Positions 46,181-55,538 of a stretch of 64,000 bases of DNA are shown here, one piece after another (positions within the stretch are counted from its first letter, which is position 1; every line of letters begins with the position of its first letter). The notes under the pieces were generated by a model. That model ran no database searches. It saw only the letters and a list, made by a program, of their open reading frames with translations, and was not told where the DNA came from. This DNA is from Deltaproteobacteria bacterium (GTDB taxonomy: Bacteria > Desulfobacterota > Dissulfuribacteria > Dissulfuribacterales > QOAL01), in the NCBI GenBank assembly GCA_026995935.1, contig JALWNK010000005.1, positions 1,072 to 65,071 of the forward strand. Direction: 5' to 3'. The translations under genes and the position numbers were made by a program.

Positions 46181-46974
46181 TCTCCTGACGGAACGCCTCT
46201 TTTGGAATTTCTGATAAAATCCGTAAACGCCCTCACCTCTTGGGAGTCTGGAAAGGCGGCATCTGCCATGTCCAGCCCTTGGGTTATGGTTTCCGCCTTT
46301 TTAAAGACTATCCTATAGGCCTCCCTCAGATTCTCAATGGTCTCCTTAGAAAACCCTGCCCTTCTAAGCCCAAGAACGTTTATGCCGTGAAGATGCGAGC
46401 GCTGCCCTTGATATTTTACAAAAGGCGGTATGTCCTTGTTTGCCCCTGACATGCCACCCAGGAAGGCGTACTGGCCTATGCGGCAAAACTGGTGTATGGC
46501 AGAAAGCCCTCCAATGACTGCATGATCCCTTATCTCCACGTGCCCTCCCAGGGTTGCAACGTTGGCCATGATAACATGGTTACCTATCTGGCAGTCATGA
46601 GCTACGTGACAGTATGCCATAATCATGCACCTGCGACCCACCCTTGTCACCCCTCCACCCTTTGGAGTGCCACGGTGGATGGTCACGCTTTCCCTAACTA
46701 TGGTCTCATCCCCTATCTCTACGGCGGTAAGCTCTCCCTTGTAGGTGATGTCCTGAGGGGCTGCTCCAATGGATGAAAACTGAAATATCTGGCAGTTATT
46801 CCCTATAGTTGTCTTTCCATCCACCACCACGTGGGGGCCAAGCCAGCAGCCGTCTCCCACCCTTACGTGTGGCCCAAGAACTGTATAAGGCCCCACGGTA
46901 ACGTTTGTGCCAAGCTGGCAGCCTGGCTCAACAACCGCAGTTGGATGTATGTTGTTGTTATCTTGTTGTGGCAT
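46171..46974 (-). CDS. lpxA: Acyl-ACP--UDP-N-acetylglucosamine O-acyltransferase
   Basis: Has left-handed beta-helix hexapeptide repeats and a C-terminal helical domain. I prefer ATG 46974 (MPQQDNNNIHPTAVV...); the track start at 47076 would overlap fabZ. Confidence 0.88.
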   Translation of the reverse strand: MPQQDNNNIHPTAVVEPGCQLGTNVTVGPYTVLGPHVRVGDGCWLGPHVVVDGKTTIGNNCQIFQFSSIGAAPQDITYKGELTAVEIGDETIVRESVTIHRGTPKGGGVTRVGRRCMIMAYCHVAHDCQIGNHVIMANVATLGGHVEIRDHAVIGGLSAIHQFCRIGQYAFLGGMSGANKDIPPFVKYQGQRSHLHGINVLGLRRAGFSKETIENLREAYRIVFKKAETITQGLDMADAAFPDSQEVRAFTDFIRNSKRGVPSGEWS

Positions 46975-47023
46975 GATAATTCGCTCTTCTTTTTTTATTA
47001 AGGGATTGTAATATAAACGGATA

Positions 47024-47479
47024 TTACCGCGAGATGGCTGCCATGAGTACCGCCTCCACGGCAGTTTGTCCCTCAACAGATGCGGTTCCTTCCATTTTCC
47101 AGATAAGGCGTTTTCTCTTAAGGAGCCTTAGCTCCATGTCCAGTCTGTCGCCCGGTCTTACAGGCCGCCTGAAACGCACCCCATCCATGCCGGCAAACAC
47201 GAAGAGCTTCTTTTCAAGCTCCTCAGGGGCCGTTTTTTTGGCAAAAAGAATGCCCATCTGGGCCATAGCCTCAAGAATTAGCACCCCTGGCATTATGGGT
47301 TCTCCTGGAAAATGGCCCTGGAAAAAGGGTTCGTTGATGGTGACGTTCTTGTATCCCTTAATGAACTCCCCCTCCTCAATCTCCACAATCCTGTCTACCA
47401 GGAGAAAGGGATACCTGTGAGGAAGAAGATCCAGTATCTCGAATATGTCATGATCGTTATTCTTTTTCATGGGATTCAA
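47024..47479 (-). CDS. fabZ: 3-hydroxyacyl-ACP dehydratase
   Basis: Has [28 protein letters not shown] motifs. Confidence 0.92.
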   Translation of the reverse strand: MNPMKKNNDHDIFEILDLLPHRYPFLLVDRIVEIEEGEFIKGYKNVTINEPFFQGHFPGEPIMPGVLILEAMAQMGILFAKKTAPEELEKKLFVFAGMDGVRFRRPVRPGDRLDMELRLLKRKRLIWKMEGTASVEGQTAVEAVLMAAISR

Positions 47480-48500
47480 GCCTTTCTATCCTCTTTTTCA
47501 TGTTGGTAACATCCCTTAAAAGCTCAGGAAGTTTTTTCAGGGCATTAACCATTCTAAGCCATTTAAGATGTGGCATTGCAGGTATACCGGAGACAGTCTC
47601 TCCAGGACTGATGGAATGGGGTACCCCGGATTTGGCCCCGATCCTTGCACCATCACCTATCTCAATGTGCCCTACAACACCAACCTGACCCCCCATCATC
47701 ACACCCTGACCAACCCGAGTGCTTCCGGAAATTCCCACCTGGCTGACTATCACGCAGTGTGGACCAAGGCTCACATTGTGGGCTATCATTACGAGGTTGT
47801 CTATCTTTGTTCCCTTGCCAATCCTTGTCTCCCCGATGGCTGCCCTGTCAATAGTGGTATTTGCGCCTATTTCCACATCGTCCTCAATAACAACCCTGCC
47901 CACCTGGGGAATCTTTACCATTCCCTGTGGCCCCTGGGCGTATCCAAAGCCGTCTGCACCAAGGACTGCCCCAGCATGTATCCTTACCCTCTTACCTACC
48001 CGGCATCCGTCGTAGATGACAACATTTGGAAAGATTACGGTCTCATCCCCTATTTCAACATCCCTTCCAATAACAACACCAGGATGGATATGGACATGGC
48101 GCCCTATTTTGCACCCCTTTCCAATAACTGCACCTGCACCAATGGTAACCTCTTTGTGGATATTGCATGACTTATCTATGACAGCCCGTTCATCCACTCC
48201 CTGGGGTGCAAAGGGGGTGTTTACGAAAAAATTTGCAGTGACAGCATAGGCCAGATAGGGATCCTTAACCAAAATGGCATTTTCAGGCAGCTTTTCCGGC
48301 CAGGATTCCGGCAAAATGAAGGCCCCTGCCCTAGAAGAAGCCACCTGGCTGGCATACTTTGGGCCTACCGCAAAGCTTACGTCCTGGCTGCCTGCCTCTT
48401 CAAGGCTTGATATACCCCTTACCTTGAAATCAGGGTCGCCTTGAAGATTGCCTTTAACAAGACGTGCAAGCTCTGAAAGGGTGACTTCCTTTTTCTCCAC
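47457..48500 (-). CDS. lpxD: UDP-3-O-acylglucosamine N-acyltransferase
   Basis: 347 aa with an N-terminal LpxD domain followed by a long hexapeptide-repeat helix. Confidence 0.9.
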   Translation of the reverse strand: MEKKEVTLSELARLVKGNLQGDPDFKVRGISSLEEAGSQDVSFAVGPKYASQVASSRAGAFILPESWPEKLPENAILVKDPYLAYAVTANFFVNTPFAPQGVDERAVIDKSCNIHKEVTIGAGAVIGKGCKIGRHVHIHPGVVIGRDVEIGDETVIFPNVVIYDGCRVGKRVRIHAGAVLGADGFGYAQGPQGMVKIPQVGRVVIEDDVEIGANTTIDRAAIGETRIGKGTKIDNLVMIAHNVSLGPHCVIVSQVGISGSTRVGQGVMMGGQVGVVGHIEIGDGARIGAKSGVPHSISPGETVSGIPAMPHLKWLRMVNALKKLPELLRDVTNMKKRIERLESHEKE

Positions 48501-51193
48501 TAAAAGTTGCCTCCCATGCGAAATTCCCAGTTGCTCTTGTCGTCTCCTGGATGGCGGTCAAAGTTGTAACCCCATTCAACGCGAAGCGGCCCCATGGGTG
48601 AAAGCCACCTTATGCCTGCACCGGCCGATTTCCTGAGATCCGTAATATCAAAGCCCTCATCGGTATCCTTACCCCAGACGTTACCCATATCGAGGAAAAC
48701 CACGCCGTTAAGACCCATCTCCTTGAGAATGGGAAAGATGACCTCACTCTGCATAAAACCCATGTACTCACCACCAATACGCTCATCGGTTTCCGGGTCT
48801 CTTGGGCTTACGTCCCCATATTTGTATCCTCGGATGGAATCGAGGCCTCCAAGGAAGAATCGCTCGTAAACGGGTAGATCGCCGCCTGGACCATCAAATA
48901 CATAACCTGCACCAAATTTCAGGTGGCCCACAAAGAAACGCCAAATGGGATGGTAGTAGCCCACCTCGCCCCTGAACTTTACAAAGGACGCGTCTCCACC
49001 GAGGAATCCCCCGGCATATTCCATGGAAAGATCGCTCTTCCAGCCCCTTGTAGGGTTGAAGTAACGGTTCCTGTTGTCAAAGGTGAGCCCTGCGCTCAAG
49101 GACCTGGTGGATTTTATATCAACGGAGTTCTGTATGATGTAGGAGGCGTTATCATCGATGTCTGAAAGGTCCGTATTGTCCACCCTTCCGCCAAAGTAGA
49201 AGCTGAGATTGTCTGTAAGAGGATAGCCAAATCTCAAGGCCCCGCCCACACTGTCCTTGGTGTAGTCGGAATAGTCGTACTGCCAGTTATAAAGGTCCAT
49301 TCCCAGGGACAGCCTGGTGTCCTGGAAGTAGGGCTCAAAGAAACTGAGAGAGAATCTCTGGGTACTTCCGCCAATAATCCCCTTGAAACTCAAAGTCTGG
49401 CCCTTTCCCAGGAAGTTTCTCTGGCTTATCTCACCCATGAGAATAAGGTTGTCAACTGAGCTGTATCCAGCACCTATACTGAAGGTTCCGGTGGGTCTTT
49501 CCTTGACCTTTACGTCAAGGTTCATATGGGACTCATCCTGTGCAGGCTTTGGTGTTATGTCTACGTCTTCGAAATATCCAAGACGCCTGAGTCTGTCATT
49601 GCTCCTTTTAAGCCCGGTTGCGCTAAAGGGCTTGAGCTCCATGACCCTCAGTTCCCTTCTTATCACCTTGTCCCTGGTCCTGGTGTTTCCTGCAATGGTA
49701 ATACGGTTAAAGTAGACTTTTGGCCCCTTGTTTACCAGCAGGGTGATATTCACAACCTTTTTCTCAGGGTCCTTGATTATCCTGGGAGTTATGGTGCAGT
49801 GAGCATACCCCTTATCCGAGTACATGTTGGTAAGTGTCATGATGTCCTTCCTGAGGACCTCCTGACTGAAGTAATCCATGTTCTTGATTTCCAGATGGCT
49901 AAGGAGCTCATATTCGTCCTTGAAAAGCTCCTGCTCGATGTCTATTTTGCCCACACCGTAACGCTCACCCTCGTGCACCGGAATGGTGATGTATATGTCT
50001 GCACCCTTTCTCTCTACCTTTGGCTGTCCGACCTTGGCATCAACGTAGCCATGGTTGTGATAAAAGGCCGTAAGCCTTCCCACATCGCGCTCAAGGGCAT
50101 CCCACTTAAGTATTCCCGCCTCGCCCTTTACAAGGCCAACTATGTTCCTTAGGCTTGGTGTCCACCACGGCTTTTTCTCAGTCACCTCCATGATGCCCTT
50201 TAAATCATCCTGGGAAAATGCCTTTATACCTTCAATCTTGATAGACTTGATGTGTACCTTTTCACCCTCTGTTATATCAAAAACCACATCGGCTGCCTGG
50301 CTGGAAACAGGCCTCACTGTGACTGTTACAGTGGTTCCTGCATAACCCTTTTCCGAATACAGGGCCTTTATCTTTTCCGCATTTTCCTGAAGGCTCTTGT
50401 CCTTAATCACCGTATAGGGCTTTAGGTCCAGTACGTCCTTTATCTTGTCATCTCCTATCTCCTTGTTCCCATGAAAGACAATCCTTCTGATTGCAGGCTT
50501 CTCACGGACCATGAAGGTAACTATCTTGCCCCTGGGGCTATCCTGAACGTCCACTTCAACGTCATCGAAGTAGCCCATCCTGTATATGGACTTTATGTCT
50601 TCAGCTATGGTCTTTGGGTCGTAGACTTCGCCCTTTTGCGTGCTGATATTTGCGAGTATGGCATCGGTTCCCACCCTCTTGTTCCCTTCCACCTGGACCT
50701 CTGCCACCTTAAAGGGGACCTCAAAGTCCTCTCCTATCTTTATGGCAAGAAGCTTTACGAGATTCTGCAGTTTTCCTTCCGGCCCCTGGACAAAGGCCAC
50801 CATCGGCTTTTTTTCCTGAACCGCCTTGTTTACAACAAAAAAATCAAGGCTAACCACATCTCCAAGCCTGGATACTGTGCCATAAATCCCGTAATCTGCC
50901 CCCCTTTCCACCACGGCCTTTTTTGCCTCGGCTGGACTTTGCGGAGAGTGTTTACTTAAAAGCACGTAGTGCCCCTTTGCCTCAAGTGCTGAGGCCAGGC
51001 TTTCCTTCACCTTCTGGGCAATACCTCCCTCACCCTTGGGTCCGATGTAGTTGGGTTGGAACAAAAGGATAGAAAAAGGATGGGATGTCTCCTGAACGGA
51101 AGCCATGGAGGGCCGGGTAAAAAAAACACATATCAACATGATGAGTGCAAAAAGGCCCCAGACAAGACTCCTCTTTTTTGAATAGTTAAACAT
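48500..51193 (-). CDS. bamA: Outer-membrane protein assembly factor BamA (with an extra N-terminal region)
   Basis: 897 aa with POTRA repeats (V.VEGNKRV...), a C-terminal Omp85 barrel, and a terminal ...EFRMGGNF. Confidence 0.9.
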   Translation of the reverse strand: MFNYSKKRSLVWGLFALIMLICVFFTRPSMASVQETSHPFSILLFQPNYIGPKGEGGIAQKVKESLASALEAKGHYVLLSKHSPQSPAEAKKAVVERGADYGIYGTVSRLGDVVSLDFFVVNKAVQEKKPMVAFVQGPEGKLQNLVKLLAIKIGEDFEVPFKVAEVQVEGNKRVGTDAILANISTQKGEVYDPKTIAEDIKSIYRMGYFDDVEVDVQDSPRGKIVTFMVREKPAIRRIVFHGNKEIGDDKIKDVLDLKPYTVIKDKSLQENAEKIKALYSEKGYAGTTVTVTVRPVSSQAADVVFDITEGEKVHIKSIKIEGIKAFSQDDLKGIMEVTEKKPWWTPSLRNIVGLVKGEAGILKWDALERDVGRLTAFYHNHGYVDAKVGQPKVERKGADIYITIPVHEGERYGVGKIDIEQELFKDEYELLSHLEIKNMDYFSQEVLRKDIMTLTNMYSDKGYAHCTITPRIIKDPEKKVVNITLLVNKGPKVYFNRITIAGNTRTRDKVIRRELRVMELKPFSATGLKRSNDRLRRLGYFEDVDITPKPAQDESHMNLDVKVKERPTGTFSIGAGYSSVDNLILMGEISQRNFLGKGQTLSFKGIIGGSTQRFSLSFFEPYFQDTRLSLGMDLYNWQYDYSDYTKDSVGGALRFGYPLTDNLSFYFGGRVDNTDLSDIDDNASYIIQNSVDIKSTRSLSAGLTFDNRNRYFNPTRGWKSDLSMEYAGGFLGGDASFVKFRGEVGYYHPIWRFFVGHLKFGAGYVFDGPGGDLPVYERFFLGGLDSIRGYKYGDVSPRDPETDERIGGEYMGFMQSEVIFPILKEMGLNGVVFLDMGNVWGKDTDEGFDITDLRKSAGAGIRWLSPMGPLRVEWGYNFDRHPGDDKSNWEFRMGGNF

Positions 51194-51885
51194 CAGGCCG
51201 CCTCATCCATGACAAATTCGGCAAGTCCCTCCCTGGATATCTCATGGGCCCTTCCTGCCTTAAGCCCAATGCACCTGTCTGTCATGGAAGCAAGACTCAG
51301 GTTATGGGTTACTATAATCAGGGCCGCCTTCACCTCCTGTCTTATCTCGAACAGGAGTTGGGCGACCTTTTGGCCGCTTTTTTCATCAAGATTGCCCGTT
51401 GGCTCATCTGCAAGGATGAGACGGGGATTTCTAACCAGGGCCCTGGCCAGTGCGACCCTTTGCTGCTCTCCGCCAGAAAGCTTTTTCACATTGAGCTCCT
51501 CTTTTCCGCCAAGTCCGAGGTAATCCAGCAACTGCCTTGCCCTGTCACTTGCCTCTTTATACGGCTGTCCTGCAAGAAGACATGGCATCATGACATTTTC
51601 CAAACAGTTAAACTCGGGAAGCAGATGGTGAAATTGAAACACAAACCCTATCTCCCTGTTTCTGAAGGTGGATAAGCGCCTGTCCGGCCAGGCAAACACG
51701 TCCTTATCAAAATGGAGAATCGTGCCCTCTGTAGGTTTATCAAGGGTTCCTATAAGATGCAGCAGCGTGGTCTTTCCCACTCCTGACGCACCCACAATGG
51801 AGATGGATTCATCCTGATAAAAGGTGCATGAAAGGCCATTCAGCACCAAAAGAGGCTTCCCATCCAGATCGTAGGCCTTTTTCAA
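51193..51885 (-). CDS. LolD/MacB-family ABC ATP-binding protein (no adjacent permease); true start probably upstream of 51885
   Basis: Has Walker A GASGVGKTT, signature LSGGEQQR and Walker B LILADEPTG. Its stop overlaps the bamA start by 1 nt. See the finding on its start codon. Confidence 0.8.
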   Translation of the reverse strand: MKKAYDLDGKPLLVLNGLSCTFYQDESISIVGASGVGKTTLLHLIGTLDKPTEGTILHFDKDVFAWPDRRLSTFRNREIGFVFQFHHLLPEFNCLENVMMPCLLAGQPYKEASDRARQLLDYLGLGGKEELNVKKLSGGEQQRVALARALVRNPRLILADEPTGNLDEKSGQKVAQLLFEIRQEVKAALIIVTHNLSLASMTDRCIGLKAGRAHEISREGLAEFVMDEAA

Positions 51886-52034
51886 AGACCTGATCTCAAC
51901 TGCGGCTTTCTTACTTTTTTGTGTTATTGCCAGGGCCTCCCTTCCAGGGGTTAAAACAGAAAGTATTTGAGTCTAACTGTTTGACGCTGACAAGTGATAA
52001 CAAATATCAAAGAGGCAATCAAGCTTGGATTGGA

Positions 52035-53756
52035 TCAATAGTCAGGCATATCAGAAACGGCCTCTCTGGCCCTATGAAGTTTCTTTCTTATCCGGCGCCT
52101 GTCAGCCTTTTTCTTTGCCTTTTTAAGGGCAAAGGAGTATTCCCTGGCGGCCTTTTTAAACTCTTGCCTGGCAAAGTAGAGATCTCCCATGTGCTCTGAA
52201 ATGATAGGGTCTTCGGGCACAAGGCTTCGAGCCTTCTTTAAATAGGAGTAGGCCTTATTGAATTCTTTTTTCTTGAAATAGAGCCATCCAAGACTGTCCA
52301 AGACGAAACCATCCTTGGGAACCAGTTTTACCGCCCTTTGAAGCAACGTTTCTGCCTCCTCAAGGTGTATTCCCTGCTCGGCAAAGGTATAACCAATGTA
52401 GTTAAGGGCAGGCACATAATCAGGATCAACTTTCAAAATTTTCCTGGCATATTGGACGGCAGCCTGTTTCTTCCCAAGATTATCCAGCAGCATGACAAGG
52501 CTCATGATAAGCGCCTTGTTCCTGGGATTTTTTTCAATGCCCCTCTTCAAGGCCTCTAAGGCCTTTTTGGGGTTGCCGTTTTTTTCATAAAGCGAGGCCA
52601 AGGAGGTATAGAGATCCGCCCTGTGGGGATTTCTGGATATGGCCTTTTCCAGAACGGAGGCTGCCTTGTCTATCTTTCCCTCCTTAAAAAGCAACTTCGA
52701 CAGCCTTATAACAGCATCCACTCCAGTTTCACTGTCAAGGGGAATGGAAGAGTAGATAACCTCTGCCTCGCTCTGTCTTCCGAGACGCTCTAGGGCCAGG
52801 GCCGTATAAAAATTCACCTGGACGTTGTCCTTCATCTTGTCCTTTAGACCCTGGAGGATCTCAAGGGCCTCTTTGGCCCTGTCCAGTTGAAGGAGCACAA
52901 GGGCCAGCCTGAACTGTACGTTGGCATCAGACCCTGCTTTCTTTCTAAGGATATCTATCTGTTTTAATGCCTCTTTTTCCCGTCCATGTTCAAGGAGAAG
53001 AAAAAGCAGCCGCTGCCTCGCCTTTATGTTGTCGTTTTGCCTTAAAATTACGGATTTATATGTATCTATGGCCTGTTTGATCTTGCCCTGTCTTTCATAG
53101 ACATCGGCAAGCTCAAAAAGTGCAGGAGTAAAGAAACCGTTTTTTTCAAGGGCGAGTTTGAAAAATTTCTCCGCCTTTTGGTAATTCTCCCTGTCCTTGG
53201 CCATCTTTCCCAGAAAATAATAGGCCATAAATGACTTCTGGCTGTTTAGACTTGCTGCCTTTTCGAGAACAGACCTTGCTTTATCCCACTTGTGGGTCTC
53301 TGCATAAAGGGTTCCAAGGACAAGAAGGGCCTGATCGTTATTAGGATCCTTTGACACCACCTCTTCCAGGACTTCAATGGCGTCCCTGGTCTTGTTCTTG
53401 TGAATCAGTATCTTTGAAAGCAGTAACAGAAGATCCAGATCGTCAGGATTTAGCTCCAGTGCGCGTTGAATCCACTCCTGGGCCTCATCCAGCCTTCCTA
53501 GCCTTATGGATACCTTTGCCAGGGCCTTCAGGACGTCCATGGAGCTGGCATCAAGCTCGTAGGCCTTTTTGTACCACCTGTTTGCCTCAAGAAGGTTCCC
53601 GTCCAGCTCTTCCTTAAGCCCCATCATGTAGGCAGCATAGGGCCCTGACTTGGACTCCAATGGAGTAGCAAGAACTGGGCTGCACAGGAGCGTCCACACC
53701 AGCGCAGCCAGCAATAAACTACGCATTAACACCATCTCCTTGAGATATCTTTTCAT
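52035..53756 (-). CDS. Secreted tetratricopeptide-repeat protein
   Basis: 573 aa with a signal peptide and many 34-residue TPR-like units (W..A...Y.KAL.L.P). Confidence 0.75.
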   Translation of the reverse strand: MKRYLKEMVLMRSLLLAALVWTLLCSPVLATPLESKSGPYAAYMMGLKEELDGNLLEANRWYKKAYELDASSMDVLKALAKVSIRLGRLDEAQEWIQRALELNPDDLDLLLLLSKILIHKNKTRDAIEVLEEVVSKDPNNDQALLVLGTLYAETHKWDKARSVLEKAASLNSQKSFMAYYFLGKMAKDRENYQKAEKFFKLALEKNGFFTPALFELADVYERQGKIKQAIDTYKSVILRQNDNIKARQRLLFLLLEHGREKEALKQIDILRKKAGSDANVQFRLALVLLQLDRAKEALEILQGLKDKMKDNVQVNFYTALALERLGRQSEAEVIYSSIPLDSETGVDAVIRLSKLLFKEGKIDKAASVLEKAISRNPHRADLYTSLASLYEKNGNPKKALEALKRGIEKNPRNKALIMSLVMLLDNLGKKQAAVQYARKILKVDPDYVPALNYIGYTFAEQGIHLEEAETLLQRAVKLVPKDGFVLDSLGWLYFKKKEFNKAYSYLKKARSLVPEDPIISEHMGDLYFARQEFKKAAREYSFALKKAKKKADRRRIRKKLHRAREAVSDMPDY

Positions 53757-53800
53757 GAATATAGCCTTTTCATGGATATCAACATAAGTAGAAGAATTGG

Positions 53801-54784
53801 TCAGGAGGACTCCGCGCTGGGTACAATGTCCGGCAGTTTGGTCTCCAGGAACTTTCCAAGTTTTTTCTTAAGTCTGGATTCTATCTGACGAACCCTCTCC
53901 CTTGAAACTCCGAACTTCTCACCGATCTCCTGCAAGGTCTTTGGCTCCTCTGCCATGAGTCTTTCGTTAAATATGATCTTCTCCCTGTCCTTTAAGGTAT
54001 CAGCAAACTCTTTGAGTTTCTCGTGGAGTTTTTCCTGCATCTCCCTGTTGGCCACGACCTGTTCTATTTCGGGTTCCTTGCTGGGAAGAAACTCCATGTA
54101 ACTGTCTTCCGAGTCATGTTTGACAGGGGCATCCAGGGAGACCTCCCAGGAACCCATCCTCTGCTCCATGTCGATGACTTCCTGTTCGGAGACGTTCAGC
54201 CTTTTGGAAATGAGCTTTGGAACAGGTTCAAACCCGAGGGCCCTAAGATTCTCCTTCTCCTTGTTGAGATTATAGAAAAGCTTTCTCTGGGCCTGGGTGG
54301 TGCCGATCTTTACCAGGCGCCAATTATCCATAATGAACTTTAGAATATAGGCCTTTATCCAAAAGGAGGCATAGTAAGAAAACTTTACTCCCTTATAAGG
54401 ATCAAACTTCTTGATGGCGTGCATCAGGCCAACGTTTCCTTCTTGCACCAGGTCCAGGAAGTTCTGCATCCAGAACTTCTGAAAGTCCAGGGCAATCTTG
54501 ACAACGAGCCTCAGATTCGCCGTGGCAATCTTTCTTGCAAGGGCAGGATCCCTGGTTTCATAGTAGGCCTTTGTAAGCCTTTCTTCCTCTTCCCTGGTAA
54601 GGAGAGGATACCTGTTTATCTCGGCCAGATATCGTTGAAGGTTATCGGCTTCTAGGGGGATAACATCCTTGGAATGGCTTACAGCAGGGAGGTTTGCACC
54701 CTTCTTCGCGGCCTTTTTCTTCCTTGATCTTGGCCTTCCGCGCCTTTTTTTCTTCTCTTTTTTCTCTTTTGTCTTCTCTGCCAT
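53801..54784 (-). CDS. rpoH: RNA polymerase sigma-32-like factor with a Lys/Arg-rich N-terminal extension
   Basis: Has sigma-70 regions 2-4 and the RpoH-box-like TTQAQRKLFYNL. The N-terminus reads MAEKTKEKKEKKKRRGRPRSRKKKAAKK. Confidence 0.8.
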   Translation of the reverse strand: MAEKTKEKKEKKKRRGRPRSRKKKAAKKGANLPAVSHSKDVIPLEADNLQRYLAEINRYPLLTREEEERLTKAYYETRDPALARKIATANLRLVVKIALDFQKFWMQNFLDLVQEGNVGLMHAIKKFDPYKGVKFSYYASFWIKAYILKFIMDNWRLVKIGTTQAQRKLFYNLNKEKENLRALGFEPVPKLISKRLNVSEQEVIDMEQRMGSWEVSLDAPVKHDSEDSYMEFLPSKEPEIEQVVANREMQEKLHEKLKEFADTLKDREKIIFNERLMAEEPKTLQEIGEKFGVSRERVRQIESRLKKKLGKFLETKLPDIVPSAESS

Positions 54785-54791
54785 AAACCTC

Positions 54792-55343
54792 CTATAGCCT
54801 GGCCAGTACGCCCTTGTTAACCTCGTTCATCTTCTCGGTTCCTTCAAGGCGCTCCACGAGCCTTAAGGCAAATTCAAGGGCCGTACCTGGGGCCTGACTG
54901 GTGACAAGAAGCCCATCTGATACTACTCTGTCATCTGAAAGGTGAGACTGCCTTACCGCCTCCCTGCAAACCGGATGACAGGTAATCTGCCGACCTTCAC
55001 TCAGGCCATGCCTGTCAAGGACCGTGGGGGCTGCACAAATTGCCCCTACCATGCGTCCTTCGTCAAGCTGATTCTTAAGCATGCCTACCACCCGCTGATC
55101 CTTTGCCAGGGTCTCGGTGCTATCAAGTCCACCTGGGAGTATGATAAGATCGAATTTTTCATCTTTTATTTCATCAAGACTCACATCAGGAACAATCTTT
55201 ACGTCCCGTGCCGAGGGCACCGGGCCATTTTCCACTGCGGCAATCTTTATTTCGATGCCTGCACGCCTTAAAATATCCACAACGGCTACCGCCTCAAGCT
55301 CTTCATAACCTGGTGCAAGTATAATCACTGCCTTTTTAGACAT
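54792..55343 (-). CDS. DJ-1/PfpI-family protein
   Basis: Has a nucleophile elbow AICAAP. GGAGG lies 8 nt upstream of ATG 55343. Confidence 0.8.
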   Translation of the reverse strand: MSKKAVIILAPGYEELEAVAVVDILRRAGIEIKIAAVENGPVPSARDVKIVPDVSLDEIKDEKFDLIILPGGLDSTETLAKDQRVVGMLKNQLDEGRMVGAICAAPTVLDRHGLSEGRQITCHPVCREAVRQSHLSDDRVVSDGLLVTSQAPGTALEFALRLVERLEGTEKMNEVNKGVLARL

Positions 55344-55538
55344 TGTTACGTCCTCCAAATATCAAAACTTTTTTCAAAAACAAAAAGATAACAAATGATC
55401 TAAAAAAGAAAGGCCTCGTTGCAAGAAGAGAATAACTTACTTGAAGCCTGGGGAAAAAACACTATCTTTCAAATGTCTTTTCGAACGAGTTGATTGTTAT
55501 AATATTATTCCATTTGAAAAGATATTACAAATCTTATC

